A stretch of 50,777 nt of DNA, the filler included, from Catajapyx aquilonaris (lineage: Eukaryota), in assembly GCA_000934665.2 (NCBI GenBank). It is 2 parts of 2 records of this genome, joined end to end, with 100 filler letters (N's around TTAATTAATTAA, not from the genome) between each part and the next. Parts side by side here need not be neighbours in the genome. Positions count along the whole stretch, not along the records: positions 1 to 25,342 come from KZ539340.1; positions 25,443 to 50,777 come from KZ539342.1. One strand, 5' to 3'. The notes below the pieces were generated by a model. That model did not search any database. It was not told the DNA's origin and saw nothing but the letters and a program-made list of their open reading frames with translations. A program made the position numbers and the translations under genes. Positions 22,691-33,799 of this stretch are shown here, piece after piece (within the stretch, counting starts at the first letter, position 1; each line of letters starts with the position of its first letter).

Positions 22691-24368
22691 GCAGTATTCA
22701 GACTCCAAGGCTGAAACATATTGACTACTTGCAAACTGTACCACCGAAGAATCATTCAACAAATTAATAAATAAGTAGTAAATAGCTAAATAAACCAATA
22801 ACAACAACGATGATGATATTAGCGAGGTCAAAGTGTCCATTCCATGGCTCATATGTTGTACATTTACAATTTTACATGACATAAAATAGTTCGCAAATGA
22901 GGCTATTTCATTCCCTTCCGGGTCCATAATTAACTGCGTGGTCATAGGTGTCCGATTCTGCACCTCTGACGTAACCTACATTAACCCTAACCGGTGTATT
23001 TTGGGCTCCCAAATTCCGTTATTTCCCCCCGAAAATAGCTCGACGTTACATTCCTACGCAGCTCCGCAGCCCAAGTAGGTCAATCCGGATCCAAAATGTC
23101 GTCGCGTGACCCTGACCGCAACTGATGCGCCAATCCTCCTACATACGACTGGCAACAGTACAGGGAAGGGCGAACCCGCTCGAGGCCGCCCCTGGGACCC
23201 ACCAGGAGACTGGCTGCCAGTGTTCTAGCCCCATCAGGCCCCTCCGAGGCAAAAGATCCTCAGAAATGAGTCGGGGCGAGGCCGGCATAGGCTCCGGTCC
23301 CTTTAAATCCGCCGGGCGGGAGGGAGTCAGCCGGTGGGAACGGCAAACTTTGCGCCTCGTAACCCAAGGCCGCCCCACTAATAATCAGCTGATCGCGGGT
23401 TTGGGCCCACCGCTCTTTATGTATGGAGCATGTCAACACACACCGCCATCTTTGGTCTCGACCCCTGACTATGACCCCATTTCATATGGACCCAACCACA
23501 ACCGGGCTCAAACCAAGGACAGGCCACCTCGTACTGCTGACCAGTGAGCCCAACCTAGGCAAACCCTGGTTGATACGGTCCGTAACTACATGCAGTAAGG
23601 ACATCGGTCCTGGTGGCCATACCCGTGCATATTCATGTGAATACAGCGCCACCTGTAGAGCAAGGCCACCGTGCCACCCTCCCCCCACCCCCTGCCATCC
23701 CACCAAAATAACAGCCCTTCTTTCCCAGCTGATTTACGCCTTGGACCCTGCAGGCTACGTTTTCCACCCCCACCTTCCTACCTATCCTACCCCAGCATCA
23801 TCATCCATCACTTCTTCCTCATTCCATCACTTCCCCATGGGATGATCAGTTGTTACACAACATAAGAGAGCCTGCGAAATTGGCCACACCTTCAGCTGGT
23901 TTTAAGATCATGCATTGCATGGATACAAGGGCATCTATAATTTAGTGCCAGTGATTTGGGCAGTGATAAAATTGTACATGGCACATCAGCCATTACATGC
24001 AACTAGACTCCTCTACCTTGTTTAGAGCATGTAGTATCAAAGCAAGTTAGGGGAAATATCTGATCAATCTCCAATGTAATCAGATATCCTTAATTTTATT
24101 TGTACAATGGGCCCTCAGGTGGCAAAATGAATTTTTACCCTATAATTATATATAGTGTCAGCTAAATGTTAATAAAAATCATACAGTATAATTATAGACT
24201 ATTGGTGTATGTTAAAAAAAACAGAGCTGAAGCCCTTTATTACAAGTCCAGGGCATGTCAAAATCCAGGCATGACTGGAAATGTCTACAAAAAAACCAAA
24301 AACACAAATGAAGGAAACCTTCTCGAAGTCTTCTTTCTTGCTATCTCCAGGATGTCCAAAATCGCACA

Positions 24369-24676
24369 CTAGTAACTATCCTGCTCGTCGTATTCGCCAG
24401 GTGAGAGTGTGAGGTAATTGGAAGTGTCTGAAGCTGTGAGGGGTGACGGTGAGAATGATACTGGGTCTTCGTCGTCGTCATCTTTTGATCCATTGTGTTC
24501 ATACAAGTGAAACTTGGGAGGACGTGCCTCGGATGCAGTGCACCGAACTACATGGCTAAACTTGTACTCAGATATGTCCACCTCCTGGTGCACCCAAGGA
24601 TGATCAGCTACCTGCCCAAGCTTCCATCGCTTTTGAGGGTTTTTCTCCAGCATGCCTTCCAGTAGAGCTGTCAATT
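24369..24676 (-). CDS. PASK: terminal exon of a PAS-domain serine/threonine kinase-like gene
   Basis: CAG acceptor at 24679-24677, then (E)LTALLEGMLEKNPQKRWKLGQVADHPWVHQEVDISEYKFSHVVRC. This is kinase subdomain XI with a PASK-like tail, and a stop follows at 24369-24371. Upstream exons are cut off by the artificial join. Confidence 0.7.
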
Positions 24677-25342
24677 CTGCAGAATAAAAAGTAAATCACT
24701 GGCCAGCAAATTACCTACCAAAACAATAGGTTTCCTAAGGGAATAACAAAGCCTACAATGGAATATACATTCATGGCTTCCGTACGCGATCTGCATCATC
24801 ACCTTCATACCCGCACAAAGTCCCAAAGTATTGATTTTGAAAAAAGCCAACGAAAGGCAATAAAAGTGCCTCTCTACTTATTTGCATGAAAGCTTTTAAT
24901 TGTGCATTAAGTATTACTGTTTTTTTTTGTTGTTTTTGGCTGATGTAAGATAGCGATATTATTCTACTTCTGCTAGTGGCATTCAGTTGGATTTTGTATT
25001 CTACTGTCACTCCCAACCACCTTTAACCCCTTCGGCCCCAGATCGACCCGAACCACACAGTTTTTGGCTTACACGTACTCCGAAGATACGGACAAGATAT
25101 TTTGCAAATACTTGCTCTGATCTGAAAATATTGGGACACCCCCAAAAAATGGAGTGGTGGGGTTATACACAGGATGTGATAAAAAGTTTCCATTAAGATT
25201 ATCTGGACTTTAGAATGGATAATAATGAATAGTAACAATTGAGATAGGAGGATACCAAATTTGAAGTTCATTTGACAGTTAACAACTGAAATAAATACGA
25301 TTATACCTTGGACAGTGAATTTCTGTGGGGTCTGGTAAAAAT

Positions 25343-25442
25343 NNNNNNNNNNNNNNNNNNNNNNNNNNNNNNNNNNNNNNNNNNNNTTAATTAATTAANN
25401 NNNNNNNNNNNNNNNNNNNNNNNNNNNNNNNNNNNNNNNNNN
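25343..25442. other. artificial scaffold-joining linker
   Basis: Exactly 44 N + TTAATTAATTAA (stop codons in all six frames) + 44 N = 100 bp. Confidence 0.92.
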
Positions 25443-25929
25443 CCCCCCCCCCCGAACTGAAATACCACGTCTCTGGCTGGGGCTCAAGGGTTTAACTAAC
25501 TATACTCACATGTTCAGTAATGCCTCATCAGAAGCACGAAAATTCCGTCCGTCGTAAGGTAATAGTCAGAACCTCTATAACACCTCGGGACCCCTTTTAT
25601 GATAGTCAAGTGACCTGTGACACCAACCCCCTCGCCCCGAATATTAGTACAACATTAGTGTAGTGTGGACATAGCATTAAAACATTTTTGAAAACCTCCT
25701 TGGTAAATCCAGTAAAACTTATTGGAAGTAAAAATTACTGCGGTCCCCCGCCCGACCCCCCGGAAAGGGCTTCGCGACCTATAGGTTGCCCACAGGTTGG
25801 GAACCACTTCTCTAAACAGTGACTAATAGTGGCTAGTAAGACGAAAATCGGTCCATGGTGTTTATGGATAACTTGACTAATTCATTGCCTGTGTGAATGG
25901 GGGGGGGGACTTAAGCTTCAAAAACCAAA

Positions 25930-27438
25930 TCACTTTTCCTCTGCATGCATTCTCAGATGCCTTTTCAAAATACTCGACTGATTGAACCTTTTCTTGCAAA
26001 CCTGGCAACCATATGGCTTCTCACCTGTGTGTTTTAGCATATGCTGCAATAAAGAAGATGTGTGACGAAACATCATCTTGCAAATCAGGCAACTGAATGG
26101 CTTCTCCCCCGTGTGGGTTCTCATGTGTAGATTCAAACTTCCTGAATGACTAAACTTTTGTTTGCAAATTATACAACTGAGTGGCTTCTCCCCAGTGTGG
26201 GTTCTCATGTGTGATTTCAAATGTCCTGACATACTAAACTTTCTGTCACAAACCTCGCAACTGAATGGCTTCTCCCCTGTGTGGGTTCTCATGTGTGATT
26301 TCAAATCACCGGATCCAGTAAACTTTCTCTCACAAACCTCGCAACTGAATGGCTTCTCCCCCGTGTGGGTTCTCATGTGGCTATTCAAATTTCCTGACTG
26401 ACTAAACTTTCTCTCACAAACCTCACAACTGAATGGCTTCTCTCCCGTGTGGGTTCTCATGTGCATATTCAAACTTTCTGAAAGACTAAACTTTTTCTTG
26501 CATATCTGGCAACTGAATGGCTTCTCCGCCGTGTGGGTCTTCATGTGATTATGCAAATGTCCTGACTGCCTAAACTTTCTGTCACAAACCTGGCAACTGT
26601 ATGGCTTCTCCCCAGTGTGGGTTCTCATATGCCCATGCAAATGTCCTAACTTGCCAAACTTTCTCTGACATACCTGGCAACTGTATGGCTTCTCGCCAGT
26701 GTGGGTTCTCATATGCCCATTCAAACTTCCTGCCTCACTAAACTTTCTCTGACAAACCTCGCAACTGAATGGTTTCTCCCCAGTGTGGGTTCTCATATGT
26801 GTATTCAATCTTCCTGGATGACTAAACTTTCTCTTGCAAATTGAGCAAGTGTATGGCTTCTCCCCCGTGTGGGTTCTCATATGTGAATTCAAACTTCCTG
26901 AACGACTGAACTTTTGTTTGCAAATGAGGCAACTGAATGGCTTCTCCCCCGTGTGGGTTCTCATGTGTAGATTCAAACTTCCTGAATGACTAAACTTTTG
27001 TTTGCAAATTATACAACTGAATGGCTTCTCCCCAGTGTGGGTTCTCATGTGTGATTTCACATGTTCTGACAGACTAAACTTTCTCTCACAAACCTCGCAA
27101 CTGAATGGCTTCTCCCCAGTGTGGGTTCTCATGTGGGTATTCAAACTTCCTGGCAGACTAAACTTTCTGCCACAAACCTCGCAAATGAATGGCTTCTCCC
27201 CCGTGTGGGTTCTCATGTGATAATTCAAATGTCCTGACTGCCTAAACTTTCTCTCGCAAACCTGGCAACTGAATAGCTTCTCCCCAGTGTGGGTTCTCAT
27301 GTGCTGCACCAACATACTTGGGACACTAAACTTCCTCTTGCAAATCCGACAAGAGTGACAACCCTTCCCCCCAAGGAGTCTCCCCTTGCGCATGTCTTGC
27401 TGGATTCCATTCCTCTTCTTCTCTTCAGCAGCTTTTCC
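25930..27438 (-). CDS. tandem C2H2 zinc-finger protein, 17-finger terminal exon (paralogue A)
   Basis: ORF 27393-25930 has 17 CxxC..HxxxH fingers joined by TGEKP-type linkers. The frame stays open to a TTTCAG acceptor at 27441-27439 (phase 0). Confidence 0.92.
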   Translation of the reverse strand, partial: GKAAEEKKRNGIQQDMRKGRLLGGKGCHSCRICKRKFSVPSMLVQHMRTHTGEKLFSCQVCERKFRQSGHLNYHMRTHTGEKPFICEVCGRKFSLPGSLNTHMRTHTGEKPFSCEVCERKFSLSEHVKSHMRTHTGEKPFSCIICKQKFSHSGSLNLHMRTHTGEKPFSCLICKQKFSRSGSLNSHMRTHTGEKPYTCSICKRKFSHPGRLNTHMRTHTGEKPFSCEVCQRKFSEAGSLNGHMRTHTGEKPYSCQVCQRKFGKLGHLHGHMRTHTGEKPYSCQVCDRKFRQSGHLHNHMKTHTAEKPFSCQICKKKFSLSESLNMHMRTHTGEKPFSCEVCERKFSQSGNLNSHMRTHTGEKPFSCEVCERKFTGSGDLKSHMRTHTGEKPFSCEVCDRKFSMSGHLKSHMRTHTGEKPLSCIICKQKFSHSGSLNLHMRTHTGEKPFSCLICKMMFRHTSSLLQHMLKHTGEKPYGCQVCKKRFNQSSILKRHLRMHAEEK

Positions 27439-29320
27439 CTGAAATTAATGGCACCTCATAAATGCGGGTGTATTTGAAGAGAGATCTTTGGACTCAGTAT
27501 GTTCGCCTTGAAATATTACCATCGTTATTCAGGCAGTCTATGTGCAGTAGCTCCCCCTTTTTTTCTTTCATCATCAATTTTCATGTTTGGAACATGTAGT
27601 AGGTCTACTGATCAAAATGAATCTCTGTACCAACCAGTTTTCCATCAACCAGTTAGATGCATGTTTACAGGGACATACGGTCAATTCCATGTGCCAAGGA
27701 TAAACACTGGCCTGCGAAATAATACTTTTTATTTTTTTTCAGCACAGTTTTGTGATTCTAATGTATTTTGATACGCTGAGTTCAGAAATACCAAGATTTT
27801 TCCTCTATCACGTCAGGGGTTTTTTTCCCCACAAAGTGAGGATAAAGATTCTGGAAAATCACACAGAAGAGTATAGCAGAGTAATAAAGCCTTTGGTTCA
27901 GGCCTAGGTGGGGGATGAGTACTGAGTAGGTTTGAGAAAAAAAATAGGTTACAAAGCCACGGCCGTCTCCTTCAAGATGAAATAGATGGTATGAGTAGGT
28001 ACTTACAGGTACTATTGGAAAAAAATGTTTTCTATGCACCCACCCTACCTCGTGGTTCAGGTGTTGCCACATTAGAGGTTATAAATTAAATTTTAACATT
28101 TTAACATTTTTCTACTTTCTATGTTTCAATTTATCGTCGTTGACCTGAAATATCCATTTTTCTAAACTAAATATGGGTTTGACACATTTTTATAGCAGCG
28201 CGCCCAGTATGTAGGCAACCAGACATAAATTCTCGATTTGTGTCGAAACTGTACGTGATAGAAGTTTTTGCATATTCTCCCCGAAATCAGCATCAAAAAA
28301 TACATAAGAAACACCTCTCACTTTGAAGAAAAAATTTCATCGCAGGCCTCTGATATAATTATATTATAATATATATTATAATCTATTATTTTCCCGCGAA
28401 CCATGCAATACCAAGGCCTCTAACTTAACATACTGAACCTTGTGTCAGTCACAAGCTCACAACTAGTGTCACTAAGTATGACTGATGCAACGCAAACACA
28501 TCACTAATTGTTGAGGTCACAATATATTCTTGGGCATGGACTGAGCAAGTGACTAATGCTATGAAAAATTATTTGTGCATTTTTAGTCCAGTAACTTTAG
28601 ACAAAAAAGGGGTGTTTCTTCGGAATAATTTATACCCAATGTTTTGTTTCACACAGAGCTTTGTTATGTCATTCTAAGTAAAACCTCAAAAGTCCCCGAC
28701 TCTCCCCTGTACGCGTCGTGTGTTTTTGGCTCAAGAAGTACTATCACGTTCAAAAAGATTGTCCTCACTGTTTATTTTCTTATGTGTTCATGTGTTGGCT
28801 ATCCTGGGCGCTGCCAGGTAATCGCGGTTGTTTATTTGGCGTTATTCCGGAATCCACAGCACTGTGATAACGGGTCACGGTCGCGGTCCCAGGGTCCCAT
28901 GGCCGCACGGTCGGGGTCTTGGGAGGCGGGCGGGAGTGGGAGGTACGTTGCGTTGTCTGGTGTATGTGAAAAGGTGTTTATTTGGGGTGATTGGGGGAAG
29001 GGGGGCGGGAGGGGCGGATGAGGCAATGGCCACGACCCGGGCAACACTCCCCCGCGGGGGGGATCAAGGCAAAACTGTATAAATAATGCACATTTTCCAA
29101 CTTTTCAGGGAAAAAAATAACATTTTCGTTTGATCTGCTGCCATCCCGGTTCAAGTGACCCTACCAACCACCAAAATATACGTTCCTATAATGAATTTTT
29201 CTCCTCGATCTTTCTAGTACCAGTTATTGCCCGAACAACCAAGTCATCAGTTGGCCGACTTTCTTGCACTTTCCGAGTCATCGGCTTCCAGGTCTGTGAG
29301 GGTTAATGGAAACCTCTCTA

Positions 29321-30347
29321 CAGGGTGTAAATGAATTCAATCGACAAACTTGTAGGGGTAATAGAGGGGACCAAGACAAGTATTTTTGACATAGGAACCC
29401 GTGTCCGGATGTCAAAAATACTTGTCTTGGTCCCCTCTATTACCCCTACAAGTTTGTCGATTGAATTGACATAGGAACCCGTGTCCGGACCCCCCGATGG
29501 TATCTCCACCTTATCGGGATGGTGAGGTTTGCGTTTCCCCCATGACCCCAAGAGCTATGCCGGCGTTAGCTTCGTCTGCTAGTAGGGCCACCCAAGCCGG
29601 ACAGGTCTTTGGGGTAGGAGACAGACTAAGAGAGATGCCAGTCTTTCCTCTCTTCTTTTTCCATTGTTTACAGTTTTTACGTCGTTATGACCATCAGCAT
29701 TTGAGATATTCAAGTCAAAGACATAAATAAAAAAACCAGTCTTTCCTCTCTTCTTTTTCCTCTTCGTTTCTCTCTCCATCTGTCCCACCTTTGCCTCTTC
29801 TTACAGCCAGATAGCCACAGTTGCTTTGGCTTCTTCCGAATAAACCAAACCAAACCAAACCCGTGTCCGGAAAGGCCATCTAGAGGGGGTTCTTCATAGA
29901 TGAGGAACGGGTGCGCTCAGACGCGCCACGCGGGAGGCGCTAGGTGAGCGGACTGTTTTGTTGATAGATGGCGCTCGGATAGTAAGCAAAGGTGAGATGT
30001 GCCATAATCTGGCAACAACAGAGCCATCTAGCAACTAGAGTACGCCTCCTAGGAGACGCGTGAAGAGTAAACAACGGTTCTGTTGTTGCCATGTCATGGC
30101 GTATCACGTCATTGTTTGCTTACGACGACGCGATATGCCATAACCTGGCAACAACTGCGCGTCCTCTATCAACAAAACAGTCCGCTCGCCTAGCGCCTCC
30201 CCCCTGACGCGTCTGGGCACACTTGTTCCTTGTCTATGAACCCCCTCTAGATGGCGTTTCTGGACATGGGTTCCTATGTCAAAAATACTTGTCTTGGTCC
30301 CCTCTATTACCCCTACAAGTTTGTCGGTTGAATTCATTTACACCCTG
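29321..30347. mobile_element. Tc1/mariner-type MITE with long TIRs, hosting nested insertions
   Basis: TA|CAGGGTGTAAATGAATTCAA...TTGAATTCATTTACACCCTG|TA. Inverted similarity extends over more than 150 bp once the insert is removed. Confidence 0.88.
29490..29857 (+). mobile_element. short non-autonomous retroelement with RTE-like 5' head (copy 2)
   Basis: TSD AACCCGTGTCCGGA at 29476-29489 and 29858-29871; 3' end AATAAA followed by an (ACCAA)n tail; matches 4050-4313. Confidence 0.85.
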
Positions 30348-30402
30348 TATACGTAGAAAGCCCTAACTAAAATTTATAAATAGATTTATTGTAGAGTACT
30401 AC

Positions 30403-31768
30403 CTGAAGCTCAGGAGTGATGTGCTTCTTCAGCATGTGCCTCTCCAGGCCCCTCTTTGTGGCAAATGCACCGTTGCAATCATCACAGTAGAGAAGCTGAT
30501 ACAGCAGAATGAAGGGTCCCAATACCTGCAATGAGAACATGAAAATTGACATGACATAATATAGTTAACAATTAATGAGCAACCAGTGTGTAGAAAGTAC
30601 TACTTGGTTTGCATCACCAGCCATCATTAACTCTGTCTAATTTAACCTGGCCTATTTTAGATGAAGGTCAACCAACAAGCAATTTACAATAATGAAAGGG
30701 GAGGCGCTCCGGTAACATATGCGCCCAAGCCCTAGCATTCCCCCCTTTATTTGGTGCAGAGTTAGGGGTCATCTCTGGCTTCGTCTCGGCGGGATTTCCG
30801 CTAACTAACCACCCGGGGGAGTTCACAAACTGACCATAACGACGACATTGCACTGAACCTTGCACATCCCCTCCCAGTCACCCTGCCCTTGGACCAGGGC
30901 GCTACGCAGAAATGTTCAGTTTGTACAGTGTACACTGTATAATAATAAAGGTCCATGCGATATACCCCAAGAGGGGTAAATGCACTACCCGGATTATTAT
31001 TATGATTAATTTACAGTCATGAGACAAGTCAACCCTTGATATCATTTACATTGGTTAACCCTGGAATCGCGCCGTGCCTGAAAGTTACGTTAACCGTGCC
31101 GTGGGGTCTTTTCGGACCTCACGCCATATTTTAATTTTTATTAATTTTTATATAATATTTTTCAATGTATTGACTATGTACAATAATACATTCTTTGAAC
31201 AATGCCTAAAATGATCGCTAATTCAAAATAAACACCCACTTCCTGTTACTTTAAAAAAATGGCAAACAATTCATTGTAATTGTAATTTTACTGCATTTTA
31301 AATCCTTTGGGGTCCGAAAAGACCCCACGGCATGGTTCCAGGGTTAAAACTGTTGGTCTTTTCAGATCACCTTTGGCACCCCAGTTTTCACCCCATGATG
31401 CAAACATGTCCAATCTGCTTTCTCACCTGCTCTTGCCTTCCTCCGTCTCCATTGTTTCCACCCCCTGCCTCGTCCTCCTCTTCTGGGGCACCAGGGTCAC
31501 TTGTGTCCTGTCTGCTGTTGCCCTCGTCCTCCTCCCCTGGCTCCTCCTTGACCCTCAGGGCCCCTCTTCCGGCTCCTTCCCACCTTCTCTTGGCCTCCTC
31601 ATTGCTGAAGGTGATTATGGCCGGCTCCACTGGCTCCTCCTGGACCTCCACCTTGACCCTGTCCCACCTGGAGTGAGTGAAGCTGTGCGCCATCAGGTCA
31701 ATCTTCCTCTTGAACACCCTGTTGGGGCACTGGGTACAGGGGAACCTGCCCAGTTTCAGCATCTCCAT
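30403..31768 (-). CDS. two upstream exons, each with an isolated C2H2 finger, probably spliced to the 17-finger exon
   Basis: 31768-31427 (gccATGG; FPCTQCPNRVFKRKIDLMAHSFTH; VKEEP motif; CAG|GTGAGA) and 30525-30403 (YCDDCNGAFATKRGLERHMLKKH; CAG|GTAGTA). Both end in phase 0, compatible with the acceptor before 27438. Confidence 0.6.
30690..31003 (+). mobile_element. SINE-like repeat with (ATT)n tail
   Basis: The 3' 200 bp are shared with 1318-1516. The 5' boundary is approximate. Confidence 0.5.
31059..31343. mobile_element. piggyBac-type MITE
   Basis: TTAA|CCCTGGAATCGCGCCGTG...CACGGCATGGTTCCAGGG|TTAA, with subterminal inverted GCCGTGGGGTCTTTTCGGACC. Confidence 0.85.
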
Positions 31769-32477
31769 GGCTGATGGGATGGGGGATGGGTCTCTCTCTC
31801 TCTCTCTCTGTCTCTCTCTCCTCCAACTCTGCACCCCTTTGTCTGGAACAAGAAGACCATCAACTGCAGTCTCCACAGTCTGCCTCGCCCTCTCTTCTTC
31901 TTCCCGTCCCCGTCCCTCCAACCAGACCAACCTCCTCCAACTCAGGCCCCCTTCTTCCTTCCTTCCTCCAACAATGAATGATGCACTGCCCTGTCCTTCC
32001 CCCAACCAGACCAAGCAACAATCCTCCTTCTCAAACCAGGCATCCACCCACGGTTGTTAGAGTAAGAGTATTGTCCTCATCCACCGACGCGCCATGGACA
32101 ACCAACAACCAACCACCCTCACTCCCTCCTTCCATCCCTTCAGACCACGGCCCGGATAGTTCCCCTTCCCTCCGCCACGAAGGGAAGTTGTGGCGCCACC
32201 GGTTGTTTGGACTCCGGTCCACCACCCGTGAGGACATCTGACGGGGACTAGTCACAACATGAAAAATCCGGCTGGCTGTATCCTCCTTATATTTTCCACA
32301 GACCACAATAATTGATAGTATTATTCAATTTGCTGGCAAGCACTGAGTTTGCAATGTACTACTGTACTCTACGGCATACTCTACAGTAGCCTACACCTCA
32401 CGTGAGATTTATTCATTCCTCTGGGCCCTCGAATACTTGGGCACTGGGCAAACTCTGACATATAATTATGCCGTCTC

Positions 32478-32740
32478 AGTGGGTCAGTAGTGGGGAGAAA
32501 GACTCGACGTCCAGACTGGTGGCAAAATGCACCGTGCATCTGCCCACTTTATTACCGGATTATGTCTCCAGTTCCATCTGAAAGTCTGGACTTTCTTCTG
32601 CCCAGCAAGTCTTGTGGATGACCACCCGGTATAGTCCGAATTGAGTTGGGCCAGTGACCACATGTCTGGAGAGATGTGTCTGGCAAAATCGTGGGCGAAG
32701 GCCAGCACATAATCAGGACACAGGTGGTGGTGCATCATCC
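32478..32740 (-). pseudogene. ionotropic receptor 5' fragment with frameshift and stops
   Basis: HLCPDYVLAFAHDFARHISPDMWSLAQLNSDY, then frameshifted RVVIHKTCWAEESPDFQMELET*SGNKVGRCTVHFATS. Homologous to the N-termini of the two adjacent IR genes. Confidence 0.85.
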
Positions 32741-33799
32741 ATCTGAGTCGGATTAAGCCAACCTACTAAACTCGGGAATAATTATTTTAATTGATTAATT
32801 AATTAATTAATTATTTTAATATAAATTTTAATATAAAAAAACAATTTGATTCAATTTTTCTCCCTATACAAGATGAGCACTACAGTAAGCAGACTGCAAT
32901 GAGAGGGACAGATTTTCTACGTAATGACAGTTAATAATGTTACAAATGTAATTCTTGCTGATCTTTATTGAAGAAGGCACATTTTTTAACAGAGTTATTA
33001 ACAATTATTACTGCATAATATATGGTTTTCAAAGTGAAAACACCAGTAATTAAGAGTGTGAGTGTGATTAAAATGGACAATTCCACATAGTCAGATGTCG
33101 GGCTGAAAGTCTTCCTGGGATACATGTACCATCAAAAATATTGTAGGCACTTGATTGTAAGTTACTATAGATATAAAACTAAGATAACGATAATGTGATG
33201 CCAGATAAATTTATTAATATATTCGCCCGAAAAACAAAACCACCCCTAAACCTATAAGGAGTGAATGTGCAGAATTGCGAAGAGTGTGAATGATTATATC
33301 CTATAATAATTAAAGGGTGATCTGCAACAAGGTTTAAAGTGCCACCTGCTTCGTTTTTCATTTTTCTGGTGTTTTCAGTTCAGCGCGACATTCTGCTCAG
33401 AATGGTACTATAGTTTCACTTGCTACATTGAAGTGGAAGCGTTGTTTTGGTATTACTTTAGGGTCGTTCTTCAATGAGGTTATAGGCCCATATGCCGATG
33501 GAGCAAATAAAGCTCTCTCCTGGAAAGTTGCTGTATTGGTACTTGAGACGTTGTAGCACATCACCCTTCAATTATCCCAGTTCCCAGATATTATAGGGAA
33601 CTTTTACAATTTGCAGCTCTTAATAATATTATGTGTTGAAGCAGAAATATAATATTTCTTCATTTAATTCTGTCTCATTTCTATCTCCTATTTCCATAAT
33701 GATTATCCTTCATTAGATGGACTCTTGCTAAACTTTTTTCTTCTTCTTCAAAACATGCTTTCTGACTTTATCACTCTCCATGTGTAGGTTTCTGAAATC

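Noticed and set aside
25023..25494. Possible PASK exon at 25342-25307, or a piggyBac-like element spanning the join
   Set aside because: The phase-1 translation does not resemble PASK convincingly. The two TTAA-flanked ends match poorly and lie across an artificial linker.
26162..27220. Plus-strand repetitive ORFs, and 84-bp periodicity resembling a CRISPR array
   Set aside because: Antisense shadow of the C2H2 finger repeats; eukaryotic context with no cas genes.
28688..28700. AAAGTCCCCG resembling RNase MRP conserved region I
   Set aside because: No matching CR-V partner downstream.
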